A DNA stretch of 49,991 nt from Fibrobacteria bacterium (GTDB lineage Bacteria; Fibrobacterota; Fibrobacteria; UBA11236). The stretch lies in NCBI GenBank assembly GCA_050486505.1, contig JBJHDK010000010.1, forward strand, positions 1-49,991, in the 5' to 3' direction. Below the pieces are notes generated by a model. It was not told where the DNA came from and did not search any database. It saw only the letters and a program-made list of their open reading frames with translations. The position numbers and the translations under genes were made by a program. This document shows positions 30,513-39,692 of this stretch, piece after piece; position 1 is the first letter of the stretch, and each line of letters starts with the position of its first letter.

Positions 30513-31349
30513 TCAACCCGTTTTTTCGTCCGTTCTCCGGGTTTCCGGACCCTTCGGACGCGTCTGCGGCCTCGCGAAAGCGAGCAATCGCCGTTCGGTG
30601 ACGAGGCCGTCCAAAAGCTGGTCGTGAGGCTCCAAAGCTAGCTTTTTGCGCAGGACTTGCGCCTCGAAGGCCAGGCCGGCGCGCGTGCCTGCGCGTCCTT
30701 CCAGCCAGCGGTCGTAGAACCCGCGTCCGCGTCCCACCCGGCCACCGCGCTCGTCGAAGGCCGTACCCGGAACAAGGATCAGATCGGGATCCGGTCCCCC
30801 CTCCTCTTCCGGGAGGTCGTCCCGGGGGGCGAGGATGCCGAAGGCGCCTTCCTCGAGATCGCGATCGTAGTCGTGGATGCGCACCATCGTCATGCGCGAT
30901 TTTCCGTCGGCAGTTTCCTCGACGCGGGGCAACAGCACGATCTTGCCTTCCCCGAGTGCCTCGCGCAGGATCCCCTCGGTATCGAGTTCGTCGTGCGTGC
31001 CGCAGAACCCCGTGATCACACTTGCCTCGCGCCATGTCGGCCAGTCGCGCAGGCGCTGCAGGATCTTCTCCGCCGCCGCGGCCCGGTCGGCTGCCGTGAG
31101 CGCGCGCACGGCGTCACGGGCCTCGCGCCGCAGGGCCGCCTTCGCGGTGCGCACGCTGTTCACACTTTCACGCAGGTTGTCCTCGAGGGACAGGGCGTCG
31201 AACTGCTGTTTCACGTCGTTCTGAAGGCCGTTCCACTTGCGGCGCAGGGTGCCGAACGCGCGAATGATTTCGCCGACGCGCTTCGGGTCGATGAAAAGCA
31301 GGATCACGATGGCGAGCACGACGAGCTCGCTGAAGCCGAAATTCATCAT
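30513..31349 (-). CDS. ygfA: TatB-like N-terminal domain fused to 5-formyltetrahydrofolate cyclo-ligase
   Basis: N-terminus MMNFGFSELVVLAIVILLFIDPKRV plus amphipathic helix; then KAALRRE, ELDT, VLLPRV, GAFGILAP, DLILVPGTAFDERGGRVGRGRGFYDR, EPHDQLLDGLVTE; ATGA overlap with tatC, GGAGG RBS. Confidence 0.9.
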   Translation of the reverse strand: MMNFGFSELVVLAIVILLFIDPKRVGEIIRAFGTLRRKWNGLQNDVKQQFDALSLEDNLRESVNSVRTAKAALRREARDAVRALTAADRAAAAEKILQRLRDWPTWREASVITGFCGTHDELDTEGILREALGEGKIVLLPRVEETADGKSRMTMVRIHDYDRDLEEGAFGILAPRDDLPEEEGGPDPDLILVPGTAFDERGGRVGRGRGFYDRWLEGRAGTRAGLAFEAQVLRKKLALEPHDQLLDGLVTERRLLAFARPQTRPKGPETRRTDEKTG

Positions 31350-32071
31350 GTCGCTGCCTCCTTCGGGGTGGCGATCGCGCACACGCCGATCGATCCCAGG
31401 TACAGCAGGCAAAGCGGCAGTGCCATCAGGAGCTGCGACACGGGATCTGGGGGGGTCAGCAAGGCGGCGACGATGAAGATCAGCACGACGGCGAAACGAA
31501 AGAACCTCCACATTCCCGTGACCGTCACAAGGCCGAGGCGGCCCAGCAGGAACACCGCGACGGGGAGTTCGAACATGATGCCGAAGGCGAGCAGGAAGCG
31601 GATCACGAAGGAAGCGAAGTCGGCTTGCCGCCAGCTCTGCACGACTGCGCCGTCCATGTAGTTCGCGAGGAAGGCGAGCCCCGCCGGCAGCACCACGAAG
31701 TAGCAGAAGGCCGCACCGACGGCGAACATGATCACGAATCCGGCGAAGGTGCCGAGAAAGAGCCGGCGCTCGTTGCGGTAGAGCCCGGGGGCGAGAAAGC
31801 GCCAGATCTGCCATGTCACCCAGGGAAACGCGAGGAAAATTCCGGAGATGATGGAGAGGCGGAAGCTGGTCATCACCGTTTCCATGGGCGAGGTGGCGAT
31901 GAAGACGACATCGAGGCCTTGACGCGTGACGGGATAAACGAGGTGTTCCCAGATCTCCTGCCAGTTCCAGTAGGCAACACCCGCGCCCACGGCGACTCCC
32001 AGCAGCGAGAGAATGAGGCGGGTGCGCAGTTCCCGGAAGTGGCTCCAGAACGTGGGGGCGTCGGTGACCAA
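31346..32071 (-). CDS. tatC: Twin-arginine translocase subunit TatC
   Basis: FWSHFRELRTRL, WQIWRFLAPGLYRNER, AFGIMFELP, AALLTPPDPVSQLLMALPL; start approximate (TTG 32071). Confidence 0.95.
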   Translation of the reverse strand: MVTDAPTFWSHFRELRTRLILSLLGVAVGAGVAYWNWQEIWEHLVYPVTRQGLDVVFIATSPMETVMTSFRLSIISGIFLAFPWVTWQIWRFLAPGLYRNERRLFLGTFAGFVIMFAVGAAFCYFVVLPAGLAFLANYMDGAVVQSWRQADFASFVIRFLLAFGIMFELPVAVFLLGRLGLVTVTGMWRFFRFAVVLIFIVAALLTPPDPVSQLLMALPLCLLYLGSIGVCAIATPKEAAT

Positions 32072-32084
32072 GGAGGGCGCCTGC

Positions 32085-32333
32085 TCAGGCGGAGGGACGG
32101 GAGTCGTCGGAATCGACGGAGGGCTTGACGGGGGGCTTCTCCGCGGTCTTCGCCGCGTCGGGGGATGCGGTGGCATTCCCCTTGTCGTCGGTCTCGTCTT
32201 CCTTCAGGGCACCCTTGAAATCCTTGATGCCCTTGCCGAGACCCTTGGCGATCTCGGGGATTTTTTTGGCTCCGAAGAGAAGCACCACGATGAGCAGGAT
32301 GATGATGAGCTGGGTGGGGCCGATGTTCGCCAT
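32085..32333 (-). CDS. tatA: Twin-arginine translocase subunit TatA/E
   Basis: [45 protein letters not shown]. Confidence 0.95.
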   Translation of the reverse strand: MANIGPTQLIIILLIVVLLFGAKKIPEIAKGLGKGIKDFKGALKEDETDDKGNATASPDAAKTAEKPPVKPSVDSDDSRPSA

Positions 32334-32393
32334 GGGAACCTCCGTGTTGCGACGGAAAGCTAGGAATTCCGCGTTGCCCGACCGGCGGGCCGA

Positions 32394-33584
32394 TCAGCGC
32401 TTGCGGCGATACTTCGACGCCGCCTTCATCCACGGCTCGAGCAGCAGCCCCTCCTGCCAGCGCATCCATTTCGCGGCCTTGCGCACGGACTCGGGGGAAT
32501 GGAAACCTGAAAGCGCCACGGCCATCATGGTGGCCTTGTTGGCGATCAGGGAGGGATCCAGCTCGAGCTTCGCGGCGATGCCGTCGCGGATTTCGCGCAT
32601 CTCAAGCAACAACTGGGGGTGCGGCGCGCGCGGGGGCCGTGGTGGAGGCGGAAGCGGCTTCGGCCAGGTTGACGGGGCTGAATCAAGGGCGTCCTCGTAG
32701 GCATCAAGGAAGCGATCCTTCAGTTCGGGGTGCAGGCGCGAGGGCAGCCTCGGCATCGACTCCGGGTCGCCCGTGGGGGGGACCGCCTCGGCGAAGCGCA
32801 ACAGCACGTCGGAGGGCAGCACCTTGAAACTGGGGATGTCCCGCTCGCTGGCCGAGGCGTCGCGCACGGTCCACATCGCCTTGAGTGCGGCCAACTGGCG
32901 GGGGGCGAAACGGGAAGAACCGGTCAGGCGCCACTCGGTGTCAGGATCGGTTTCGCGCACGCGACGCGTCGCCTCGATCAGGGCTTCGCAGCTTTCCCGG
33001 TGCCAATCCAGGCGTCCCTTGGCCTCGAGTTCGCGCGTGATTTTCTGGCGAAGCGCCGGCAGGAAAAACGTGTCCTGGGCGGCGTAGTCGAGCAGATCCT
33101 GGGGGAGAGGGCGGCGCGACCAGTCGGCCTTTTGCCCCTCCTTGGGAATGGTCACGCCGAAATAATCCTGGATGAGCGCCGCCAACCCGAAGGCGGAGCG
33201 CCCCAATAGCTGTGCGGCCAGCATGGTGTCGAAAATCGAGTGCGGCCTGAAACCATGCTGCTGGTGCAGCATGCGCAGGTCGTAGTCGAGGCCGTGGCCG
33301 ATCAGGGGTTTGTCGCGTAGCGCGTCGAGAACAGCCTTGACGTCGACGCCCGCCGCCAGGGGGTCGATCAGCCATGTGCGGCCTTTCGCCAGGATCTGCA
33401 TGAGGCAGATCTTGGAGTGGTAGTGGTGCATGCTGTCGGCCTCAAGGTCGAAGTACACGGGGTCCGAGGCACGGATGGCGCGAAGTGCGGGCTTGAGCGC
33501 TTCGGGGGTGTCGACCCACTCGACGGGATAGCGGGTGGGAGGCGCGGACGGCGGGAAGATGCGGTGCAAAATTCGTGTAATCAA
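32394..33584 (-). CDS. rnd: Ribonuclease D family 3'-5' exonuclease with HRDC domain
   Basis: FDLEADSMHHY, LIDPL, HGLDYDLRML, FDTMLAAQLLG, QKADWSRRPL, YAAQDT. Confidence 0.9.
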   Translation of the reverse strand: MITRILHRIFPPSAPPTRYPVEWVDTPEALKPALRAIRASDPVYFDLEADSMHHYHSKICLMQILAKGRTWLIDPLAAGVDVKAVLDALRDKPLIGHGLDYDLRMLHQQHGFRPHSIFDTMLAAQLLGRSAFGLAALIQDYFGVTIPKEGQKADWSRRPLPQDLLDYAAQDTFFLPALRQKITRELEAKGRLDWHRESCEALIEATRRVRETDPDTEWRLTGSSRFAPRQLAALKAMWTVRDASASERDIPSFKVLPSDVLLRFAEAVPPTGDPESMPRLPSRLHPELKDRFLDAYEDALDSAPSTWPKPLPPPPRPPRAPHPQLLLEMREIRDGIAAKLELDPSLIANKATMMAVALSGFHSPESVRKAAKWMRWQEGLLLEPWMKAASKYRRKR

Positions 33585-33675
33585 GGGCGCAAAGCTAGCA
33601 AACAGGGTGTCTTGATTTATTTTGGGACGTCTCGATCCATTCGATTTTTAGTGTCCCACGGCAAAGGAAGACCGC

Positions 33676-34671
33676 ATGTCCCTTCGGGCCCTGACCGGCA
33701 TCAAGCCCACCGGCGAACCCCATCTCGGCAACTGGCTCGGCGCCATCGAGCCGGCGCTCGCCCTCGCGCGCGACTATGAGACATGCTACTTCATCGCGGA
33801 TTATCATGCGCTGACGACCGTGCATTCGGGCGAAGAGATGCGGCGCCACGTCCGCGAGATCGCCGCGGCCTACCTCGCCTTCGGGCTCGACCCCGAGCGC
33901 TCCGTCTTTTACCGCCAGTCCGACGTGCCGGAGATTTTCGAGCTGTCGTGGATTCTTTCCTGTTTCACCCCCAAGGGGTTCATGAACCGCGCGCACGCTT
34001 ACAAGGACTTCGTCACGCGCAATCAGGCGGCCGGCAAGGATCCGGATGCCGACATCAACATGGGCCTGTTCGGCTACCCCGTGCTCATGGCCGCGGACAT
34101 TCTCATGTTCAATGCCGACGTGGTGCCCGTGGGCGCGGACCAGAAACAGCACGTGGAGTTCGCGCGCGACATCGCGGAGCGCTTCAACGCCAATTACGGC
34201 GAGGAAGTCTTCCACCTTCCCGAGCCACGCATCAATGATTCGGTGAAAACCATCATCGGGCTCGACGGTCGCAAGATGAGCAAGAGCTACGGCAACACCA
34301 TCCCGCTCTTCCTCGACGAGAAGCCCCTGCTGAAGCGCATTAACCAGATCGTCACCAACTCGCAGACTCCCGAGGAGCCGAAGGATCCCGACGATAGCCA
34401 TGTTTTCGCCTTGCACCGGTTGTTGCTGGATGCGGCGGGGGAGAAGGCCCTGCGCGCGCAGTACCAGGCGGGCGGCATGGGCTGGGGCAATGCGAAGAAG
34501 ATGTTTTTCGAGACCCTGAACGAGCGTCTCAAGGCGCCGCGTGTGGAGTTCAACCGCTTGCTCGCCGATCCCGGCCACATCGATGCCGTGCTGGCGAAGG
34601 GCAAGGACAAGGCCCGGGCACAAGCCACGCCGCTGTTGGAGAAGGCGAGGGAGCTCGTTGGGGTCAGGTGA
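33676..34671 (+). CDS. trpS: Tryptophan--tRNA ligase
   Basis: LTGIKPTGEPHLGNW, FIADYHALT, YPVLMAADIL, VPVGADQKQHVE, KMSKSYGN. Confidence 0.98.
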   Translation: MSLRALTGIKPTGEPHLGNWLGAIEPALALARDYETCYFIADYHALTTVHSGEEMRRHVREIAAAYLAFGLDPERSVFYRQSDVPEIFELSWILSCFTPKGFMNRAHAYKDFVTRNQAAGKDPDADINMGLFGYPVLMAADILMFNADVVPVGADQKQHVEFARDIAERFNANYGEEVFHLPEPRINDSVKTIIGLDGRKMSKSYGNTIPLFLDEKPLLKRINQIVTNSQTPEEPKDPDDSHVFALHRLLLDAAGEKALRAQYQAGGMGWGNAKKMFFETLNERLKAPRVEFNRLLADPGHIDAVLAKGKDKARAQATPLLEKARELVGVR

Positions 34672-34674
34672 TTG

Positions 34675-34819
34675 TTCAGTGGACAGTGTGTAGTGTACAG
34701 TGAGCAATGAACGGCAGAGCGGGAACGTGTCGGAACGCTTCCTGACAAGGTGTTGATTGCGCCAGCCGTTTGTGTTTTATTGTCCACTGTTCACTGCCCA
34801 CTGCACACTGTCCACTTCA
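34675..34819. repeat. Inverted 7-mer tandem-repeat element F
   Basis: Left TTCAGTG GACAGTG TGTAGTG TACAGTG AGCAATG (34675-34709); right TATTGTC CACTGTT CACTGCC CACTGCA CACTGTC CACTTCA (34778-34819). Confidence 0.9.
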
Positions 34820-34844
34820 CTGATCGACTCCGGAGGCCTCCCCC

Positions 34845-35453
34845 ATGTTCACCCTTACACCCGGCACATCCGCCCCTGATTTCAAGCTTCCCGGCAGCGA
34901 CGGTAAGACGCACGATTATGCGTCCGTGAAAGGCGTGAACGGGACCCTGATTTTTTTCACCTGCAACCATTGCCCTTACGTGGTCGGTAGCGAGGACCGG
35001 ATGCGGGATCTCTTTGCGGAAATTGCTCCGAAGGGGGTTTCGATGGTTGCGATCCACTCGAACGAGACGAAGGATCACCCCGAGGACGCCTTTCCCGAAG
35101 TGCGGAAGCGGATGAAGGAGAAGGGGTTCGGCTGGCTATCGCTGGATGACTCCGAGCAGTTCATCGCGCGCACCTACGGGGCCACGCGCACGCCGCATTA
35201 TTTCCTGTTCGACAAGGACGGCGTGCTGGCCTACACGGGGCGCATGGACAATTCACCGCGCGACGTGACGAAGGCTGAGACCAACGAACTGCGCGATGCG
35301 ATCGACGACATGCTGGCGGGCCGTCCCGTGCGCGTGCCGCAGACGGATGCGATCGGGTGCAACGTGAAATGGTGGGACAAGGAGAAACATTGGATGCCCG
35401 GCGACGCCTGCGACCTCGACTACCTGTACCAGAAATTTCCGGACAAGGGATAG
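34845..35453 (+). CDS. Thioredoxin-family (AhpC/TSA-like) protein
   Basis: GGAGG RBS; APDFKLP, FTCNHCPYV, YGATRTPHYFLFD, YTGRMD, IGCNVKW. Confidence 0.9.
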   Translation: MFTLTPGTSAPDFKLPGSDGKTHDYASVKGVNGTLIFFTCNHCPYVVGSEDRMRDLFAEIAPKGVSMVAIHSNETKDHPEDAFPEVRKRMKEKGFGWLSLDDSEQFIARTYGATRTPHYFLFDKDGVLAYTGRMDNSPRDVTKAETNELRDAIDDMLAGRPVRVPQTDAIGCNVKWWDKEKHWMPGDACDLDYLYQKFPDKG

Positions 35454-35519
35454 CAGGTAACGAAATCCGGGTTCAGGTTCGGGACATTCATTCGTGCGAT
35501 TTCCGTGCGGCAGGTTCTT

Positions 35520-35547
35520 GTAGGGGCAAATAATTATTTGCCCCTAC
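35520..35547. repeat. REP-like perfect 28-bp palindrome
   Basis: GTAGGGGCAAATAA|TTATTTGCCCCTAC, GTAG at both ends, intergenic. Confidence 0.8.
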
Positions 35548-35624
35548 GGGGGCCTGAATCCTGAACCCGGATTCCATCCTTGTGCACCTAGTCGTGCCAA
35601 GCGCCCGTGAATACGTTCCCCTGC

Positions 35625-36707
35625 ATGACGCAGCCGGGGTTTCACAGGCGGCAGGCCGAGAATCCGCATAACCGCTTCGAGTCCATCGCCGTGGAATGGG
35701 ATGACGGCGTCGAGCGTCCCCAAGCCATGCGGGTCTACCGGGAGCACGCCAAAAGCATCCTCTCCCGCAACGAAAGCCCCGACATTCCCTTCCGGTTTTC
35801 GGTCAACCCCTACCGCGGCTGCGCGCACGCCTGTTCCTATTGCTACGCGCGCCCTTACCATGAATACCTCGGCTGGAGCGCGGGCACCGACTTCGACACG
35901 CAAATCGTCGCCAAGATCAACGCGCCGGAGCTTCTGGAGAAGGAGCTGTCCAAACCTTCGTGGCAGGGCGACTCCATCGTCTTCTCGGGCGTGACCGATC
36001 CCTATCAACCCGCCGAAGCCGCGCTGCGCATCACACGCCGGTGCCTGGAGGCATGCCTGCGGCACGACACGCCGGTAGGTCTGATCACGAAAGCGGTGTT
36101 GGTCACGCGCGATCTCGACGTGTTGTCCGCGCTGGCTGCGGGACCTGGCGCGACCGCCTGCATTTCGATTCCCTTCTGGAACCCCGCCGATGCGCGCGGC
36201 ATGGAGCCCTTCGCCGCGCCGCCGGAGGCGCGCTTCAAGACGCTGGAAAAACTCTCCGCGGCGGGCGTGCGCACCGGGATTTCCGTCAGCCCGATCATTC
36301 CCGGCTGGAACGATGCCGATATCCCGAAGATCTTGAAACGGGCGGGGGAATGTGGGGCTTCCTTCGCGTTCTATACCCTGTTACGGTTGCCTGGCGCGGT
36401 CGAGGTCGTGTTCATGGAACGGCTGCGGCGCGACTTTCCCGAGCGCGCGGGCAAGGTGGAGCACCATTTGCGTGAGACGCACGGCGGGGAGCTCAAGCAT
36501 ACCGGCTTCGGCGATCGCATGCGCGGCACGGGGAAAATGGCGGACGTGATTTCCGATCTGTTCCGGTTGCACGTGCGCAAGAACCGGCTGGACCGGGGCG
36601 AGCCGGGGAACATGCGCGTGCCGCGCGGGAAACGAGCATTTGCGCCCGTTCAGAGGGATTTCATCCCTAAGTCGTCAAAGGACATTCAAACGGATTTGTT
36701 CGGGTAG
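35625..36707 (+). CDS. PA0069/SplB-like radical SAM protein
   Basis: NESPDIPFRFSVNPYRGCAHACSYCYARPYHEYL, GTDFDTQI..KIN, SGVTDPYQPAE, RMRGTG. Confidence 0.92.
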   Translation: MTQPGFHRRQAENPHNRFESIAVEWDDGVERPQAMRVYREHAKSILSRNESPDIPFRFSVNPYRGCAHACSYCYARPYHEYLGWSAGTDFDTQIVAKINAPELLEKELSKPSWQGDSIVFSGVTDPYQPAEAALRITRRCLEACLRHDTPVGLITKAVLVTRDLDVLSALAAGPGATACISIPFWNPADARGMEPFAAPPEARFKTLEKLSAAGVRTGISVSPIIPGWNDADIPKILKRAGECGASFAFYTLLRLPGAVEVVFMERLRRDFPERAGKVEHHLRETHGGELKHTGFGDRMRGTGKMADVISDLFRLHVRKNRLDRGEPGNMRVPRGKRAFAPVQRDFIPKSSKDIQTDLFG

Positions 36708-36755
36708 GCACGGAAATAAGTTGTATCGAAGGTGTCACGGCAGTACCTTGAAGGC

Positions 36756-37544
36756 ATGCTGAAGTTGATTGCAATCTTGACTCTCTTGTGTGCAAACATT
36801 TCGCTCGCATGTTATCTCGAGTACTATTTTCTGAAGAGCGAGCAGGTGGAACCGGGCGTTTACCGTGTGCTCAAAGGCGCGGGATTCTTCGAGGAGCCGG
36901 GTTCTTCAACCAATTATGATACGGTCGGTCTTTCGAGAACTTCCGACCTGAAGGCGTCTCTTGACAGCGCGATTCAGGTGAGCAGCTTGGTGTTTATCGC
37001 GGAAGTCGATTCCGTAATCGAAAATCATCCCGGTAACCCGACGCCACTTCCGTCAAACCTCCCGACTCCCACATTTGAATTGGCTTCGGAATTCGAATCT
37101 TTTTCAGAAGGAGAGTTTTACGTGAGGCTCAAGATTGACACAGTCCTCAAGGGAACGTTGCCGTCCTCCCATTTCTGGATTCGGAGCTGGGCGTCCCAGT
37201 GGAGTTGCGGGACTAGTTACAGCGATTTTATATCTACCCGTTTTTTGAATTTTTCCGATCAACTCGATTCTCTCCCGGATCTCAAGTTGTCAATGTTTTC
37301 CAATGATTGTGTGAATTGTCCATATGCATACACATTTGACGGCCGGTATCTTCGTTCCCCCGACTATCCCGTGCTAAGGCTCGACATCACCGAGCTATTC
37401 CCTGACTATCCTGCCACGAGTGTCTTCCGGCGGCATCGCCCGGCGGTCCCCCTGCGCCCGGACGGCAGGGCCTGGCTTCCCGACGGGCGGCGAGTTTCCG
37501 AAGACGTGGGATCTGGACGAGGTCCGGTGCCGGTGCTCAGGTAA
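36756..37544 (+). CDS. Hypothetical secreted protein with short C-terminal sorting-like tail
   Basis: Signal peptide ending SLA-C; visibly AT-richer coding sequence; tail PATSVFRR...WLPDGRRV; TTGTAT-17-TACCTT promoter-like sequence. Confidence 0.65.
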   Translation: MLKLIAILTLLCANISLACYLEYYFLKSEQVEPGVYRVLKGAGFFEEPGSSTNYDTVGLSRTSDLKASLDSAIQVSSLVFIAEVDSVIENHPGNPTPLPSNLPTPTFELASEFESFSEGEFYVRLKIDTVLKGTLPSSHFWIRSWASQWSCGTSYSDFISTRFLNFSDQLDSLPDLKLSMFSNDCVNCPYAYTFDGRYLRSPDYPVLRLDITELFPDYPATSVFRRHRPAVPLRPDGRAWLPDGRRVSEDVGSGRGPVPVLR

Positions 37545-38727
37545 ACGCGTTCAGGATTTGCGCGATCCGCTCCACACCCGTGCGGAAGATGTCCGGCGGC
37601 GGTAGCAGGCTGAGCACGATCACGTTTTCATCTTCGAACTCGTAGAAATACCCCGGCTGCACCAGCACGCCGGACCCTTCGACCAGCCGGATCGCGAAGG
37701 CTTCATCATCGCGAACCCCTGCACAGCGGATCGGCATGCACCAGCCACCCCGCGGCCACAGCGGCTCCAGCGCAGGATGTCGAGCCGCGATCTCCCGCAG
37801 CGTCGCGAGATTCGCGCGCAGCCGGGCGCGGATCGGCCCCTGAAACTCCGCGCGGCGGCGCAGCAACCCCGGGCAGGCGAGCTGCGGCGCGGTGCCCACG
37901 CTGAGGTGCGCGTCGCTGATCCATTCCAGATGCTCCATCGCGCGGGCTTTGTCCGCCGCGTTGCCGGCGACGTGAATCCACGCCAGCTTCAGTTGCGGCA
38001 GCCCCGCGAGCTTCGACAAGCCGTGCAGCGTAAACACCAGAGGTCCATCCGAACTCAGCAACGGCGGCGTGGGGCCATCGTGCAGAAAATCCGAGAACAC
38101 TTCGTCCACGATCAGCGCGAGATCGTGACGCTCCGCGAACGCGAGCAGCCACGTCGCGTCTTCCGGCGAGAGAATGCTTCCGGTGGGATTGTTGGGTTGC
38201 ACGAGGCAGAGAACGCGGGTGCGGGGGGACGCCTGTGCTTCCAGTGCTTCGCGGGGGAGTTCCCATGCCGTCGATTCTCCGCCCGGGGCCGGACGCAGCG
38301 GGAAGGGACGCACCTTCAGGTCCGCGAGTTCCGCGAGCGTGTCGATCAGGGGGTAGGAGGGGCGCGGCACGAGGATCGCGTCCCCCGGTTCGCACAACAG
38401 CCGGAACAGGTGGGAGTAGGCTTCCGACGTGCCCGCCGTGAGCACGAGATCCTCCGCGTCGACGGGGGTACCCCGTTCCCGGTAGTAGCCCGCAACGGCT
38501 TCCCGGGCGGAAGGCAGACCCCGCGGGTCGGCGGCGTAGACGTGGAGGGCGTCGCCCCCCATCAAATCCGTCCAGTCGCGCGGGAGAACGATCCCGGCCT
38601 TGGCGGGGGAGGAAACGGTGAGGTCGAGCAGCTCCGCGCCCGAGGCACGGCGCACATTCATCGCTTCGGACAGAGGGTTGGGGCCGCTCGCGTGCCCCTC
38701 CCAGCGGGCGGGAAAACGGAACGGCAT
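37537..38727 (-). CDS. PLP-dependent aminotransferase class I/II
   Basis: LDLTVS, LTAGTSEAYS, PRPSYPL, QPNNPTG, IVDEVF, GLSKLAGLPQLKLAW, VLVQPGYFY. Confidence 0.92.
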   Translation of the reverse strand: MPFRFPARWEGHASGPNPLSEAMNVRRASGAELLDLTVSSPAKAGIVLPRDWTDLMGGDALHVYAADPRGLPSAREAVAGYYRERGTPVDAEDLVLTAGTSEAYSHLFRLLCEPGDAILVPRPSYPLIDTLAELADLKVRPFPLRPAPGGESTAWELPREALEAQASPRTRVLCLVQPNNPTGSILSPEDATWLLAFAERHDLALIVDEVFSDFLHDGPTPPLLSSDGPLVFTLHGLSKLAGLPQLKLAWIHVAGNAADKARAMEHLEWISDAHLSVGTAPQLACPGLLRRRAEFQGPIRARLRANLATLREIAARHPALEPLWPRGGWCMPIRCAGVRDDEAFAIRLVEGSGVLVQPGYFYEFEDENVIVLSLLPPPDIFRTGVERIAQILNAFT

Positions 38728-38749
38728 CAGGCGGGAATCCCGTGGAGGA

Positions 38750-39634
38750 TCAGGCGGTGGCGGGGACGCGGAGTTTGCCGAGCCCGCGCAGGTTCTCCGT
38801 GATTTGCACCACGGAAGCATGACGATTGAGGCAGTAGAGGTGGATGCCCGCAATGCCGTTGTCGATGAGCTCGGCGCATTGCTTCGTGGCGAACTCCACG
38901 CCGCGTTCCCGCACCGACTCGTCATCGCCGTCGCCCAAGGATTCCGTGAGCGCCTCGGGGATGACGCAGCCGGACATCTCCTCGAAACGGGGCAGTTGCT
39001 TGAGGTTGAGCACGGGCATGATGCCCGCGATCATGGGCATGGTGATGCCCATGGCGGCGGCCTTGTCGCGGAACCGGAAGAAGTTGGCGTTGTCGAAGAA
39101 GAGTTGGCTCACCGTGAAGTCGGCACCGTTGTCCTGCTTGAGCTTGAGTGCGGCGAGGTCGTCCTCGAGGGTCTTCGCCTCGACGTGCTTCTCCGGATAG
39201 AAGGCGCAGCCGATGGTGAAGTCGAAATTGTCCTTGATGAAACGGATGAGGTCGCTGGCGTGCGCAAAGCCTTCAGGGTGGGGTTTGAAGGTCGTGTCGC
39301 CCTTGGGCGGGTCGCCGCGCAGGGCGAGCACATGACGGATGCCGCTGTTCCAGAGTTGTTCCAGGATGCCGCGCAGTTCCTCGCGCGAGTGGCCGACGCA
39401 GGTGAGGTGGGCCATGGCTTCGATGCCGAGTTCGCCCTGGATGCGGCCGACGAGATCGACGGTCTTGGTGCGGGTCGAGCCGCCCGCGCCGTAGGTCACC
39501 GAGACGAAGTCGGGACGTTGTCCGAGGGTTTCGGCGAGGGTGGCGTACAGGGAAGCCCAGCCGGCGGGATTTTTCGGAGGGAAGAATTCATACGACAGGG
39601 TCGGTCCCTGCTTGAGTTGATCGAGAATGGACAT
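38750..39634 (-). CDS. metF: 5,10-methylenetetrahydrofolate reductase
   Basis: SYEFFPPK, PDFVSVTYGAGGS, AHLTCVG, LALRGDPP, YPEKH, SQLFFD, GIMP, GIHLYCLNR. Confidence 0.97.
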   Translation of the reverse strand: MSILDQLKQGPTLSYEFFPPKNPAGWASLYATLAETLGQRPDFVSVTYGAGGSTRTKTVDLVGRIQGELGIEAMAHLTCVGHSREELRGILEQLWNSGIRHVLALRGDPPKGDTTFKPHPEGFAHASDLIRFIKDNFDFTIGCAFYPEKHVEAKTLEDDLAALKLKQDNGADFTVSQLFFDNANFFRFRDKAAAMGITMPMIAGIMPVLNLKQLPRFEEMSGCVIPEALTESLGDGDDESVRERGVEFATKQCAELIDNGIAGIHLYCLNRHASVVQITENLRGLGKLRVPATA

Positions 39635-39692
39635 GCGGGAGAAAGATAGCAGGGATGGGAGACGGGAGCGTCCCCTGACTATATTACCCCCC

